From Candidatus Latescibacterota bacterium (lineage in GTDB: Bacteria; Latescibacterota; UBA2968; UBA8231), in contig CBDCSU010000005.1 in the NCBI GenBank assembly GCA_965221775.1, positions 416,001 to 480,000 of the forward strand: a stretch of 64,000 nucleotides of DNA, in the 5' to 3' direction. The position numbers and the translations under genes are program-made. Shown here piece by piece: positions 9,402-17,992 of the stretch (positions are counted from its first letter, which is position 1; each line of letters begins with the position of its first letter). Below the pieces are notes generated by a model. The model was not told the origin of the DNA. It searched no databases and saw nothing but the letters and a program-made list of their open reading frames with translations.

Positions 9402-9935
9402 ATGAACCTTGGTCGTCTACCATTGGAACGCAAGACCGGCGAAGAGCCATTTCGCGACGGAGAGCGCGAGTTCGATCTCCGACTGGTCGACTACTGGCGT
9501 TGGTCGGCGTCCGATCTCGTCAGCAACGCTCAGCGCGGCACCTTGGCCGAGTTCCTTGTCGCCCATGCGCTGGGTGTGGACGGCGGCGTCCGAACCGAGT
9601 GGGACGCGGAGGCCAACACTTCGAGCGGCACTCCAGTCCGATCAGCGGACGCCTACGTCTTCGCCGTTCACGCTCATCGGGAGCAGGAGTCGATCAATCC
9701 GCTTGACCTTTCTCAATGGGAGTTCCACGTCCTGAGCACCGCCAGGATCCAACAGGAGTGCGGGGACCAGAAAACCCTCTCCCTTGGCGCGCTGGAGAGG
9801 TTGTCTTCAGGCCATCGAGTCGGAGGTCGGGCAGAGCAGTTGTCCCAAGATCCAAGGTTCCGGCATGTGAGTCCCAAGCGCGTCGGGATGCCAAAGGGAG
9901 ACTTCCACCTGCTGGGGCGGGTGTTGTATTGCTGA
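9402..9935 (+). pseudogene. Probable internally deleted restriction-endonuclease-like protein
   Basis: Lower GC than flanks. DYWRWSASDLVSNAQRGTLAEFLVAHALG and RSADAYVF...NPLDLSQWEF match a conserved family as I recall it, but the central D...EVK segment is absent and the C-terminus looks degenerate. Confidence 0.5.
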
Positions 9936-9959
9936 ACCAATGGAAAGGGGTCGCAGCAG

Positions 9960-10844
9960 ATGCAGGGCCACAAACTCGTTAGAGACAGCAATCAAGTCCT
10001 CTCGGACTCAGACCGCGCATTCTGGGAGGAGAACGGCTACGTCGTCGTGCCCGACGCCGTCCCCAGGGAGAACCTGGACCGCCTCGTGGAGGCCATCTGG
10101 GAGTTCCTCGAGATCGACCCGGACGACCCCGAGGACTGGTACCGCCACGACCCGTACACCCGCGAGCGCCGGACCTCGCCTATCTCCAGCGGCGGCATGG
10201 TGGAGATCTACCAGCACCAGGCGATCTGGGACAACCGGCAGTACCCGAGGGTGCACCGGGCCTTCGCCGAGATCTGGGGCGACGAGAAGCTGTGGGTCTC
10301 CCTCGACCGGGCCAACATGAAGCCGCCGGCGCGGGAAGACAAACCGGCGTGGAACAACAAGGGGATGATCCACTGGGACATGGACACCTCGAAGCGGCCC
10401 ATCACCTTCGGCGTGCAGGGGGTCCTCTACCTGACCGACACCGCCGAGGACCAGGGCGGGTTCCAGTGCGTGCCCGGCTTCCACCGCATGTTCGATGAGT
10501 GGGTGAAGACCCAGCCGGAGGACCGCAATCCCTCGCGGCCGGACCTGGAGGGCCTGACGGTGAAGCCGATCCCCGGCAAGGCGGGAGACCTGCTGATCTG
10601 GCACCGGCTGCTGGCCCACGGCAACGGCCACAACCGCTCGGACCGGCCGCGCCTGGCCCAGTACATCACCATGTCGCCGGCGGGCGACCCCAAGGGTGCG
10701 GGCACCCGGGTCCAGGCCTGGCGGGACCGCCGGCCGACGCGGGGCTGGCCGGGGGACCCGCGCGACCGGGAGCACCGGCTGCAGGAGCCGGCCCGGCTCA
10801 CGCCGCTGGGCCGCAAGCTGCTGGGCCTATATCCCTGGAGCTGA
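9960..10844 (+). CDS. Phytanoyl-CoA dioxygenase (PhyH) family Fe(II)/2-oxoglutarate oxygenase
   Basis: FWEENGYVVV, HWD iron motif, GGFQCVPGFH, AGDLLIWH..LAHG, RPR. Confidence 0.92.
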   Translation: MQGHKLVRDSNQVLSDSDRAFWEENGYVVVPDAVPRENLDRLVEAIWEFLEIDPDDPEDWYRHDPYTRERRTSPISSGGMVEIYQHQAIWDNRQYPRVHRAFAEIWGDEKLWVSLDRANMKPPAREDKPAWNNKGMIHWDMDTSKRPITFGVQGVLYLTDTAEDQGGFQCVPGFHRMFDEWVKTQPEDRNPSRPDLEGLTVKPIPGKAGDLLIWHRLLAHGNGHNRSDRPRLAQYITMSPAGDPKGAGTRVQAWRDRRPTRGWPGDPRDREHRLQEPARLTPLGRKLLGLYPWS

Positions 10845-11471
10845 AGTCCGCCGGCCCGCGTAGCGGTCGAGGTCGATCTGACCGGTGGCGATCCTCTGCA
10901 GGATCTCCGGATAGAAGCGGTGCTCCACTTCCAGCACGCGGGCGGCCAGCGTCTCCGCGGTGTCGCCGGGCTCCACGGGCACCTCCTCCTGGGCCAGGAC
11001 CGGCCCGTGGTCGTAGATCTCGTCCACCACGTGCACGGTGGCGCCGCTGACCCGGTCGCCGGCAGCCAGGACCGCCTCGTGCACCCGCCGGCCGTAGAAC
11101 CCGCGGCCGCCGTGGCTCGGCAGCAGGCCGGGGTGGATGTTGAGGACGCGGCCGTCGAAGGCGGCCAGGGTCCGCGGCCCCACCCGCTTCATGTAGCCGG
11201 CGAGACAGACCACCTCCACCTCCTCCGCGCGCAGGGCGTCGCGGATCGCCGCGTCGAGGGCGGCCGGCTCCGGGTGGGTGCGTCCGCTCAGGTGGCGGGC
11301 CGGGATCCCCCGGGCGCGGGCGCGGGCCAGGGCCCCCGACCTGGAGTTGTTGCCGATGACGACGCGGGGCTCGGCATGCAGGCGGCCGTCGCGGCAGGCG
11401 TCGAGGATGGACTGCAGGTTGGTGCCGCCTCCCGAGGCCAGGAACCCGAGGCGCAGGGGCGGCCGGCTCAC
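10827..11471 (-). CDS. purN: Phosphoribosylglycinamide formyltransferase
   Basis: LASGGGTNLQSI, LAGYMK, LNIHPGLLP, SGATVH, YDHGPVLAQ, VLEVEH. GTG start. Confidence 0.95.
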   Translation of the reverse strand: MSRPPLRLGFLASGGGTNLQSILDACRDGRLHAEPRVVIGNNSRSGALARARARGIPARHLSGRTHPEPAALDAAIRDALRAEEVEVVCLAGYMKRVGPRTLAAFDGRVLNIHPGLLPSHGGRGFYGRRVHEAVLAAGDRVSGATVHVVDEIYDHGPVLAQEEVPVEPGDTAETLAARVLEVEHRFYPEILQRIATGQIDLDRYAGRRTSAPGI

Positions 11472-11476
11472 GGCGG

Positions 11477-12445
11477 TCAGTCTCCGGCCGTTCCCCGCGA
11501 GGCGAGGGGCGTCCAGCCGCGTCCGGGCATCCAGGCGCGGGTCTCGTAGAACTTCTCGCGGATGGCGCAGAACTCCTCGGCCGTGCGGCACTCGCTCTCC
11601 GGCGCCTCCGGGTCGCGGATGACGAAGTCCGCCTCGGGCGGATAGCAGGCCATGGTCACGGGGTCCCGCTCCGGCGTGCTGGCGGCGGGCTCCTCGCCGA
11701 CGTTGTTCGGCGCCTCGGCGCCCTGGTAGCGCAGGTCGAGGCTCCAGCGCACCTGGTCGCTGTGGTTCTCGAAGGAGGCGTGGGGGGTGAGGTTGGTGAG
11801 GAAGAGGACATCGCCCCGCTTCATCGGCACGGGGACCGGCTCGGCGCCGGGCACCCGGCCGGGGATCTCGAGATAGCCGCCGTGGCCGCCCGTGTAGTGC
11901 CGGTACACGCCGTTGCGGTGGCTGCGGGGAACCACCCACAGGCAACCGTTCTCCACCGACACGTCGATGAGCGGGATCCAGCAGGTGAGTACCAGCAGGT
12001 TGTCGCAGTGGGGCAGGAAGTAGCCGGAGTCCTGGTGCCAGGGGACCTCGCCGCGCTCCCAGCGGGGCAGCTTCGGACGCACCCGGTACACGGATGATCC
12101 GATGATGCGCTCGCCCACGAAGGCCTCGACGACATCGAGCAGCCTGGGATGGGTGATGGTGTGGAACATCTCCGGGCCCGCGAAGCGGCCGCTGTTGACG
12201 GGCGCCATGATCCCCGCCACCTGGTCGGGCCAGCGCTCCGCGAGCAGGGCCAGGCGCCGGTCGAAGGGAGCGTCGGGAAAGGTCTCGTCCACCAGGCCTT
12301 CCTGCCGGGCGCGCTCGGCCTCGCGATCGACGGCGGCATGCAGGCCGCGCCGGATCGGCTCCAGGTCAACGTCGTCGAGGACGCCAGGCTTCATCACCCA
12401 GCCCTCTTCCTGGAAGTGGCATCGTTCAGCGGCGGCGAGGCTCAT
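11477..12445 (-). CDS. Phytanoyl-CoA dioxygenase family protein
   Basis: FQEEGW, VPWHQDSGY, ENGCLWVVPRSH, GDVLF...PHAS..N.SD.VRWSLDLRY. Confidence 0.92.
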   Translation of the reverse strand: MSLAAAERCHFQEEGWVMKPGVLDDVDLEPIRRGLHAAVDREAERARQEGLVDETFPDAPFDRRLALLAERWPDQVAGIMAPVNSGRFAGPEMFHTITHPRLLDVVEAFVGERIIGSSVYRVRPKLPRWERGEVPWHQDSGYFLPHCDNLLVLTCWIPLIDVSVENGCLWVVPRSHRNGVYRHYTGGHGGYLEIPGRVPGAEPVPVPMKRGDVLFLTNLTPHASFENHSDQVRWSLDLRYQGAEAPNNVGEEPAASTPERDPVTMACYPPEADFVIRDPEAPESECRTAEEFCAIREKFYETRAWMPGRGWTPLASRGTAGD

Positions 12446-12465
12446 GCTTCCTCCCGTTTCCACCT

Positions 12466-13641
12466 TCAGTGGTGGAACAGGCGGACGCCGGAAAACACCA
12501 TGGTCATGCCGTACTCGTCGGCGGCGGCGATGACCTCGTCGTCCTTCACGGAGCCGCCGGGCTGGAGCAGGTGCTCTACGCCGGAGCGGCTGGCGCGGTC
12601 GATGTTGTCGCGGAAGGGGAAGAAGGCGTCGGAGCTGAGGGCCACGCCGCGCACGCCGTCGAGCCACTCTCGCCGGTCCTGCGCGGGCAGGCGTTCGGGG
12701 ACGGTGCGGAAGCAGTCGCGCCAAGCCGCCTCCTCGGGGGCGGAGAGCTCGTCCTCGAAGAAGAGGTCGATGGCGTTGTCCTTGTCGGCGCGCCGCAGTC
12801 CCTTGCGGAACCGCAGGTTCCGCACTGCCGGGTGCTGGCGCAGGTGCCAGCGGTCGGCCTTGCCGCAGGCGAGGCGCACGCAGTGGATGCGCGACTGCTG
12901 GCCGGCGCCGGCGCCGGCGACCTGGCCGTCGACGGCGCAGACCACCGAGTTGGACTGGGTGTACTTGACGGCGATGGTGGCCACCGTGAGGTCGCGGCGC
13001 GCCTCCTCCGTCAACTCCTCTCGTCTGGTCACGACGTTGGCGAAGAACCCGTCGTCGGGCACGAATTCGTTGCGCGGCTGCTCAAGGGTGACGCCGAAGA
13101 CCTGGCGCGACTCCAGGGCCCGCGGCTCGTACCCGGCGTCGACCTCCAGGAGCTTGTAGTCGCCCCCCTTCTTCGCCTTCAGCATCTCCACCGCGCCCTC
13201 CTCGAAGCCGGGGGCCACGAGGCCGTCGGACATCTCCCGGCGGATGACTTCGGCCGTCGACCGGTCGAGGGGGTCGCTGACGGCGATCCAGTCGCCGAAG
13301 GAGGCGAGGCGGTCGGCGCCGCGGGCACGGGCGTAGGCGCAGGCCAGCGGGCTCAACTGCGCGTCTTCCGGGACGAACAGCGCCTGCCGCAGCGCCGACG
13401 GCAGGGGCAGGCCCACGGCGGCGCCGGCGGGGCTCAGGTGCTTGAAGGAGGCGGCGGCGGCAAGGCCCGTGGCCGCCTTCAGCTCGCGCACCAGCTGCCA
13501 GGCGTTGAGCGCGTCCAGGAGGTTGATGTAGCTCGGCGCGTTGTGGATCGCCTTCAGGGGAAGATCCCCGCCTTCGAGGAAGCAGCGCGCCCCGGTCTGG
13601 TGCGGGTTGCAGCCGTAGCGCATCCCGAGTTCGCCGGTCAT
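12466..13641 (-). CDS. purH: AICAR transformylase, short form lacking the IMP cyclohydrolase domain
   Basis: Begins at MRYGCNPHQ; SYINLLDA, SFKHLSPAG, KYTQSNSV, GAGQQSRIHC, SDAFFPFRD, QPGGS, RLFHH. Start could also be GTG at 13650. Confidence 0.92.
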   Translation of the reverse strand: MTGELGMRYGCNPHQTGARCFLEGGDLPLKAIHNAPSYINLLDALNAWQLVRELKAATGLAAAASFKHLSPAGAAVGLPLPSALRQALFVPEDAQLSPLACAYARARGADRLASFGDWIAVSDPLDRSTAEVIRREMSDGLVAPGFEEGAVEMLKAKKGGDYKLLEVDAGYEPRALESRQVFGVTLEQPRNEFVPDDGFFANVVTRREELTEEARRDLTVATIAVKYTQSNSVVCAVDGQVAGAGAGQQSRIHCVRLACGKADRWHLRQHPAVRNLRFRKGLRRADKDNAIDLFFEDELSAPEEAAWRDCFRTVPERLPAQDRREWLDGVRGVALSSDAFFPFRDNIDRASRSGVEHLLQPGGSVKDDEVIAAADEYGMTMVFSGVRLFHH

Positions 13642-13662
13642 CGCCGCCACCCGCGCTGTTCA

Positions 13663-13691
13663 TTGACACTGTATGAAGTGGCTTCTATCAT
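13663..13691 (+). promoter_or_regulatory. Sigma70-type promoter of dapA-dapB
   Basis: TTGACA (13663-13668), 17 nt spacer, TATCAT (13686-13691), 56 nt upstream of the dapA ATG. Confidence 0.8.
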
Positions 13692-13747
13692 GCCGCTACA
13701 CACTCGCCACAATCCCTCCTCCCCGCAAGACAGGTTCAGCCGATCAG

Positions 13748-14785
13748 ATGATCAAGGGTTGTTATACCGCCATCGTCACGCCCATGCGCGAAGACGGCAG
13801 CGTCGACTACGAAGGGCTCGAGCGGCTCCTCGAGTTCCAGATCGCCAACGGCATCGACGGCATCGTCGCCGTGGGCACCACGGGCGAGAGCCCGACCCTG
13901 TTGTGGGAGGAGCACAACGAGGTGATCGAGCGCACCTGCCGCACGACCAAGGGACGCTGCAAGTCGATGGCCGGCACCGGCAGCAACTCCACGCGGGAGA
14001 CCCTGGCCGGCACCGCCCATGCCGCCCACGCCGGCGCCGACAGCGTGCTCCTCGTCGACCCCTACTACAACGGCCCCAGCTCGGTGGAGATCCGCCGCGA
14101 GTACGTGGCCCCGGTGGCGGCCGAGTTCCCCGAGTTGCCCATGGTCCCCTACATCATCCCCGGGCGCACGGGCACGATGATGCACGCCGAGGACCTGGCC
14201 ATCCTCTACGAAGAGCACCCCAACGTGTCGGCGGTGAAGGAGGCCACCGGCGACTACGACAACATGGCCAAGACCCGCCGCCTCTGCGGCCCCGGCTTCA
14301 GCATCATGTCCGGCGACGACGACCGCACCGTGGAGATGATGAAGCGCGCCGACATCGCCGCCGCCGGCGTGATCTCGGTCATGGCCAACGTCGTTCCGGG
14401 CCCGATCACCCGCATGACCCACGCCCTCACCGCCGGCGAGACGGAGCTGGCCGACAAGCTGGCCGCGGACCTGCAGCCGATCTTCGGCATCGTCGGCGTC
14501 GCCACCACCGAGCAGAGCCCCCGCGGCCCGGTGGAGTGCAAGGCCCGCAACCCGGTGCCGATCAAGACGCTGATGAACCTCCTCGGCATGCCCTCCGGCC
14601 CGTGCCGCCAGCCCCTGGGCCGCCTCACCCCCGGGGGGGCGGAGGTCGCCGTCGGCGCCGCCCGCCAGGTGTGGCGCAACGACCCGGCGCTGCTGGCGCC
14701 GGTGGGCGAAGCCTTCGGCGTCGACGTGGAGGCCCGGCTGCACGACGCGGCGGCGGTGGAAGCCCTCGTCTACGGGGAGTACTGA
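13748..14785 (+). CDS. dapA: 4-hydroxy-tetrahydrodipicolinate synthase
   Basis: TAIVTP, GTTGESPTL, GTGSNST, PYYN, PGRTG, VKEA, SGDD, NPVPIK. Adjacent to dapB. Confidence 0.95.
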   Translation: MIKGCYTAIVTPMREDGSVDYEGLERLLEFQIANGIDGIVAVGTTGESPTLLWEEHNEVIERTCRTTKGRCKSMAGTGSNSTRETLAGTAHAAHAGADSVLLVDPYYNGPSSVEIRREYVAPVAAEFPELPMVPYIIPGRTGTMMHAEDLAILYEEHPNVSAVKEATGDYDNMAKTRRLCGPGFSIMSGDDDRTVEMMKRADIAAAGVISVMANVVPGPITRMTHALTAGETELADKLAADLQPIFGIVGVATTEQSPRGPVECKARNPVPIKTLMNLLGMPSGPCRQPLGRLTPGGAEVAVGAARQVWRNDPALLAPVGEAFGVDVEARLHDAAAVEALVYGEY

Positions 14786-15582
14786 TGGCCACCCGCATCG
14801 CCGTCTGCGGCCTCGGCGGCCGCATGGGCCAGCGCCTGGGCCACCTCGTCCTCGACGCCGACGACCTGGAGCTGACCGCCGCCAGCGAGCGGCCCGGCCA
14901 CGCGTGGCTGGGACGCGACGCCGGCGAGGTCCTGGGCCGCGGGTCCCTGGGCGTGAGCCTCCAGCCCTCCATCGCCGCGGCCGACGCCGACGTGGTCGTC
15001 GCCTTCACCACCCCGGAGGCCACCCTCGCCGACGCCGCCGCCAGCGCCGCCGCGGGCACGGCCATGGTCGTGGGCACCACCGGCATGTCGGCCGACCAGC
15101 TGGACGAGTTCCGCGCCGCCGTGGCCTCCATCGCCTGCGTCTTCGCGCCCAACTTCTCCACCGCCATGAACGTCCTCTTCAAGCTCGTGGAGGAGGCGGC
15201 GAGCATCCTCGGCGACGACTACGACATCGAGGTCGTGGAGGCCCATCACCGGCACAAGGTCGACGCCCCGAGCGGCTCCGCCCTGCGCCTGGCCGAACGG
15301 GCCGCCGCCGGCGTCGGGCGCAACCTCGACGAGGTCGCCGTCCACGGCCGCCAGGGAGAGACCGGCGAGCGCACGCGCAAGGAGATCGGCCTCCACGCCC
15401 TGCGCCTCGGCGACGTCGCCGGCGACCACTCGGTGTTCTACGGCGCCGCGGGGGAGTACCTGGAACTGCGCCACCACGCCACCAGCCGCGACGCCTTCGC
15501 CCTCGGGGCCCTGCGGGCGGCGCGCTTCGCCGCCGCCGCCGAGCCGGGGCTCTACGACATGGGGGACGTGCTGGGGTTGTAG
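14785..15582 (+). CDS. dapB: 4-hydroxy-tetrahydrodipicolinate reductase
   Basis: GLGGRMG, VGTTG, APNFS, EAHHRHKVDAPSGSA, SRDAFALGA. Confidence 0.96.
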   Translation: MATRIAVCGLGGRMGQRLGHLVLDADDLELTAASERPGHAWLGRDAGEVLGRGSLGVSLQPSIAAADADVVVAFTTPEATLADAAASAAAGTAMVVGTTGMSADQLDEFRAAVASIACVFAPNFSTAMNVLFKLVEEAASILGDDYDIEVVEAHHRHKVDAPSGSALRLAERAAAGVGRNLDEVAVHGRQGETGERTRKEIGLHALRLGDVAGDHSVFYGAAGEYLELRHHATSRDAFALGALRAARFAAAAEPGLYDMGDVLGL

Positions 15583-15586
15583 AGCT

Positions 15587-16384
15587 TCAGGAGGTGGAGG
15601 GGCTGCGCTCGGGGCTGGGGTTGAGGAAGGCGGGCCTCAGGGTGCGCAGCTTGTCGCGCAGGCGCGCCGCCTCCTCGAAGTTCTCGGCTTCCACGGCCAC
15701 GTGGAGGTCGCGCTCCAACTGCTCCTTCTGAGACAGGGGACGCTCCTTCTCCAGTTCCTCGTACCAGTCGGACAGGAAGGTCAGCTCGGGGCAGTCCTCG
15801 TCCATCAGGTCCTCCTCCCCCTCCCACTCGCCGAGGAACTGCTCGATGCGGTCGATGCCGCGCTGCACGTGGCGCAGGGCGGCGTCGTAGTCCTTGGCCT
15901 CGAGGGCGGCCATGGCCCGGGCCCGGGCCTGCATCATCACCGCGTGGGGCAGGTACTGCTCGAAGTACCACTTGACCTCGTCGCTGTCGGCGTGCTCGTG
16001 GACGAGGTCGAAGATGGCCAGGTTGTGCCCGGTGTCGCGCTCCACCCCCTCGTAGTCCTCCAGGAAGAACAGGGCGAGATAGCGCTGGTAGTACTGCCAG
16101 GCTTCCTGGAAGAGGTCCTCGCAGCTCTGCTCGTCGAGCTCGGGGCCGCTTCTGGGCAGCGATCCGGGGCGGCTGCGCAGGGACTGGCGGAAGTGATGGA
16201 GGAAGGACTCGGCGCCGTGGGGCCGGTGTCCGTCGGGGCGGCCGGAGACGTCGAGCTGGAGGATCCCCATGTCGATGCGGATCTGGATCTTCTCCGTGCC
16301 GTCCCGGGCGGTGATCCGGCGGGCGATGAACTCGTCCGGGTCGAAGGGCCACGAATTGAGCAGGTCACCGATGTCGTATTTCAT
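15587..16384 (-). CDS. UvrB/UvrC (UVR) motif-containing protein
   Basis: C-terminal LERDLHVAVEAENFEEAARLRDKLR UVR coiled coil. N-terminal IQIRIDMGILQL..GRPDG.RP block. Confidence 0.82.
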   Translation of the reverse strand: MKYDIGDLLNSWPFDPDEFIARRITARDGTEKIQIRIDMGILQLDVSGRPDGHRPHGAESFLHHFRQSLRSRPGSLPRSGPELDEQSCEDLFQEAWQYYQRYLALFFLEDYEGVERDTGHNLAIFDLVHEHADSDEVKWYFEQYLPHAVMMQARARAMAALEAKDYDAALRHVQRGIDRIEQFLGEWEGEEDLMDEDCPELTFLSDWYEELEKERPLSQKEQLERDLHVAVEAENFEEAARLRDKLRTLRPAFLNPSPERSPSTS

Positions 16385-16459
16385 GGCCCCCCTTCGGCTT
16401 GTGTCACCAGAATATAGCCCTGCGCAGGGCCGTCCGCTACAAGGGAAGGGGGGCCCCGG

Positions 16460-17992
16460 CTAGCGCCGGGAGACCTTGATGCTGCCCACCGCGACGCCGA
16501 CGACGAGGGCGATGACGGCGGCGATGATCAGGGCGTTGCGGATCACCCGGGCGCGCTGCTCGACGCGGATGGTGATGTCCTTCTCCTGGGCCTCGATGCG
16601 CTCCGGGCCCTCGTACCCGGCGGCCTCGACGCGCACGTCGTACTCGCTGACGCCGATGCCGGCGGGCTGCACGAGGGTGATGTTCACCGGCTCCTTCTCC
16701 CCCGGCAGGATGCGGTCGATCGTGTCGGGCTCGGAGGACCAGGTCCAGTCGAGGGGCGGGGTCAGCACCAGGTGCACCCTCTCCACCTCCAGGGTCCCGG
16801 TGTTGAGCAGGTCGACGCGCACCTTCACCTCCTCGCCCGTGCGCACCTCCTGGTAGCGGTTGGCGATGAGGGTCTCGAGGGCGCCCCGGCCCCGGGGGAT
16901 GAGCTCGAAGCGCTCCTTGTTCCCGGGGATCGTGTTGATCTCCTCCAGGGGGATGGGGCCGCGGTGCTTGCGGTTCAGCTCGGCGATGCGCTCGAAGCCG
17001 GCGGCCTCGGTGACGAAGACGTAGAACTCGATCGTCTGGTCGACGTAACCGCGGCTGAGCTTCTCGGGGATCTGCAGCTCCAGCTCCAGCTGCTGGCGCG
17101 TCACCTCCTCGCTGAACTTCACCTGCGTGAGGTTGGCGTTGGTCCCCGGGTCGACGAAGGCGGGGGTGATCTCCCGCGGCAGGTTGACCAGGGCCAGGCG
17201 GAAGGTCTTCTCGTCCTCGGCGAGGCGCTCGAGGATGAGGTCGAAGTTGACCCGCGTGTTGAGGTCGCCCTCCTGGGAGAACTGGACCGAGTTGATCGTC
17301 GGCAGGTCCTGGCTCGACTCCCGGCGCATGACGATCTGCAGCAGCTCCTTGCTGCCGTCGAGGTAGGTGAGGTCGACGACCACGTCCTCGTAGTCCTGGA
17401 GCAGCCGGAAGGTGAGCCGCGTACGCTCGCCCAGGGGCAGGGAGGGCACGAGGATCTCGTAGGGCTCGGCGACGATCGTTCCGAGGCGCTCGGTGAGGGA
17501 GACCTTGAGGTTCTGGATCTCCAGCAGCGGCCGGATCTGGCTCTCGTCGCGGTCGGGGTTGAGAGACAGGGCCTGGCCGAGCTGGGAGGCGTTCTCCAGG
17601 ACGATATCGACCTGGCGGCGGCCGTCGAGGGTGCGGTACTTCCGCGCCTCGCGGATGGTGACGCGGGTGGCGTCCTTGAGGAACTCCAGGCGCGTGCGGT
17701 CGAGCTGGAAGACCGCCTCGCTGTACTTCAACTCCGACTGCAGGAAGGCGCGCCGGGCTTTGTTCAGGCTCTCGAGGGTTTCGATCTTCTCGTCGTAGAG
17801 CTCCTGGATGATGTCGTACTCGCTCTTGTTGTTGTCCATCTCCAGCTTGCGGCTCTCCACCTCCCACTGCGCCTTGCGCAGCTTGATGTCGTAGAGGCGC
17901 TGCTCCTTGGTGCGCAGGTCCTTGGTCGCCCCCAGGGGCGAGGCCAGGAGGCCGAGGAGGAAGACGCCCAGGCAGGCGCGGGCGGCGGTCAT
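16460..17992 (-). CDS. Secreted, C-terminally anchored protein with N-terminal coiled-coil hairpin and NEW3/COG1470-like Ig domains (paralogue 2)
   Basis: Signal peptide; helical segment; beta-rich domains ending VDLLNTGT...PPLDW...ILPGEKEPV; C-terminal TM helix followed by SRR. Confidence 0.8.
   Translation of the reverse strand: MTAARACLGVFLLGLLASPLGATKDLRTKEQRLYDIKLRKAQWEVESRKLEMDNNKSEYDIIQELYDEKIETLESLNKARRAFLQSELKYSEAVFQLDRTRLEFLKDATRVTIREARKYRTLDGRRQVDIVLENASQLGQALSLNPDRDESQIRPLLEIQNLKVSLTERLGTIVAEPYEILVPSLPLGERTRLTFRLLQDYEDVVVDLTYLDGSKELLQIVMRRESSQDLPTINSVQFSQEGDLNTRVNFDLILERLAEDEKTFRLALVNLPREITPAFVDPGTNANLTQVKFSEEVTRQQLELELQIPEKLSRGYVDQTIEFYVFVTEAAGFERIAELNRKHRGPIPLEEINTIPGNKERFELIPRGRGALETLIANRYQEVRTGEEVKVRVDLLNTGTLEVERVHLVLTPPLDWTWSSEPDTIDRILPGEKEPVNITLVQPAGIGVSEYDVRVEAAGYEGPERIEAQEKDITIRVEQRARVIRNALIIAAVIALVVGVAVGSIKVSRR

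Noticed and set aside
10827-10844. 18-nt convergent overlap of phyH and purN 3' ends
   Set aside because: Common in compact GC-rich genomes; no evidence of function.
12469-14784. Apparent giant fusion ORFs ending in DapB, and similar cases for the GMC, nitrilase and GlmU-like genes
   Set aside because: Open upstream frames without motifs. Each real gene has its own start overlapping the preceding stop.
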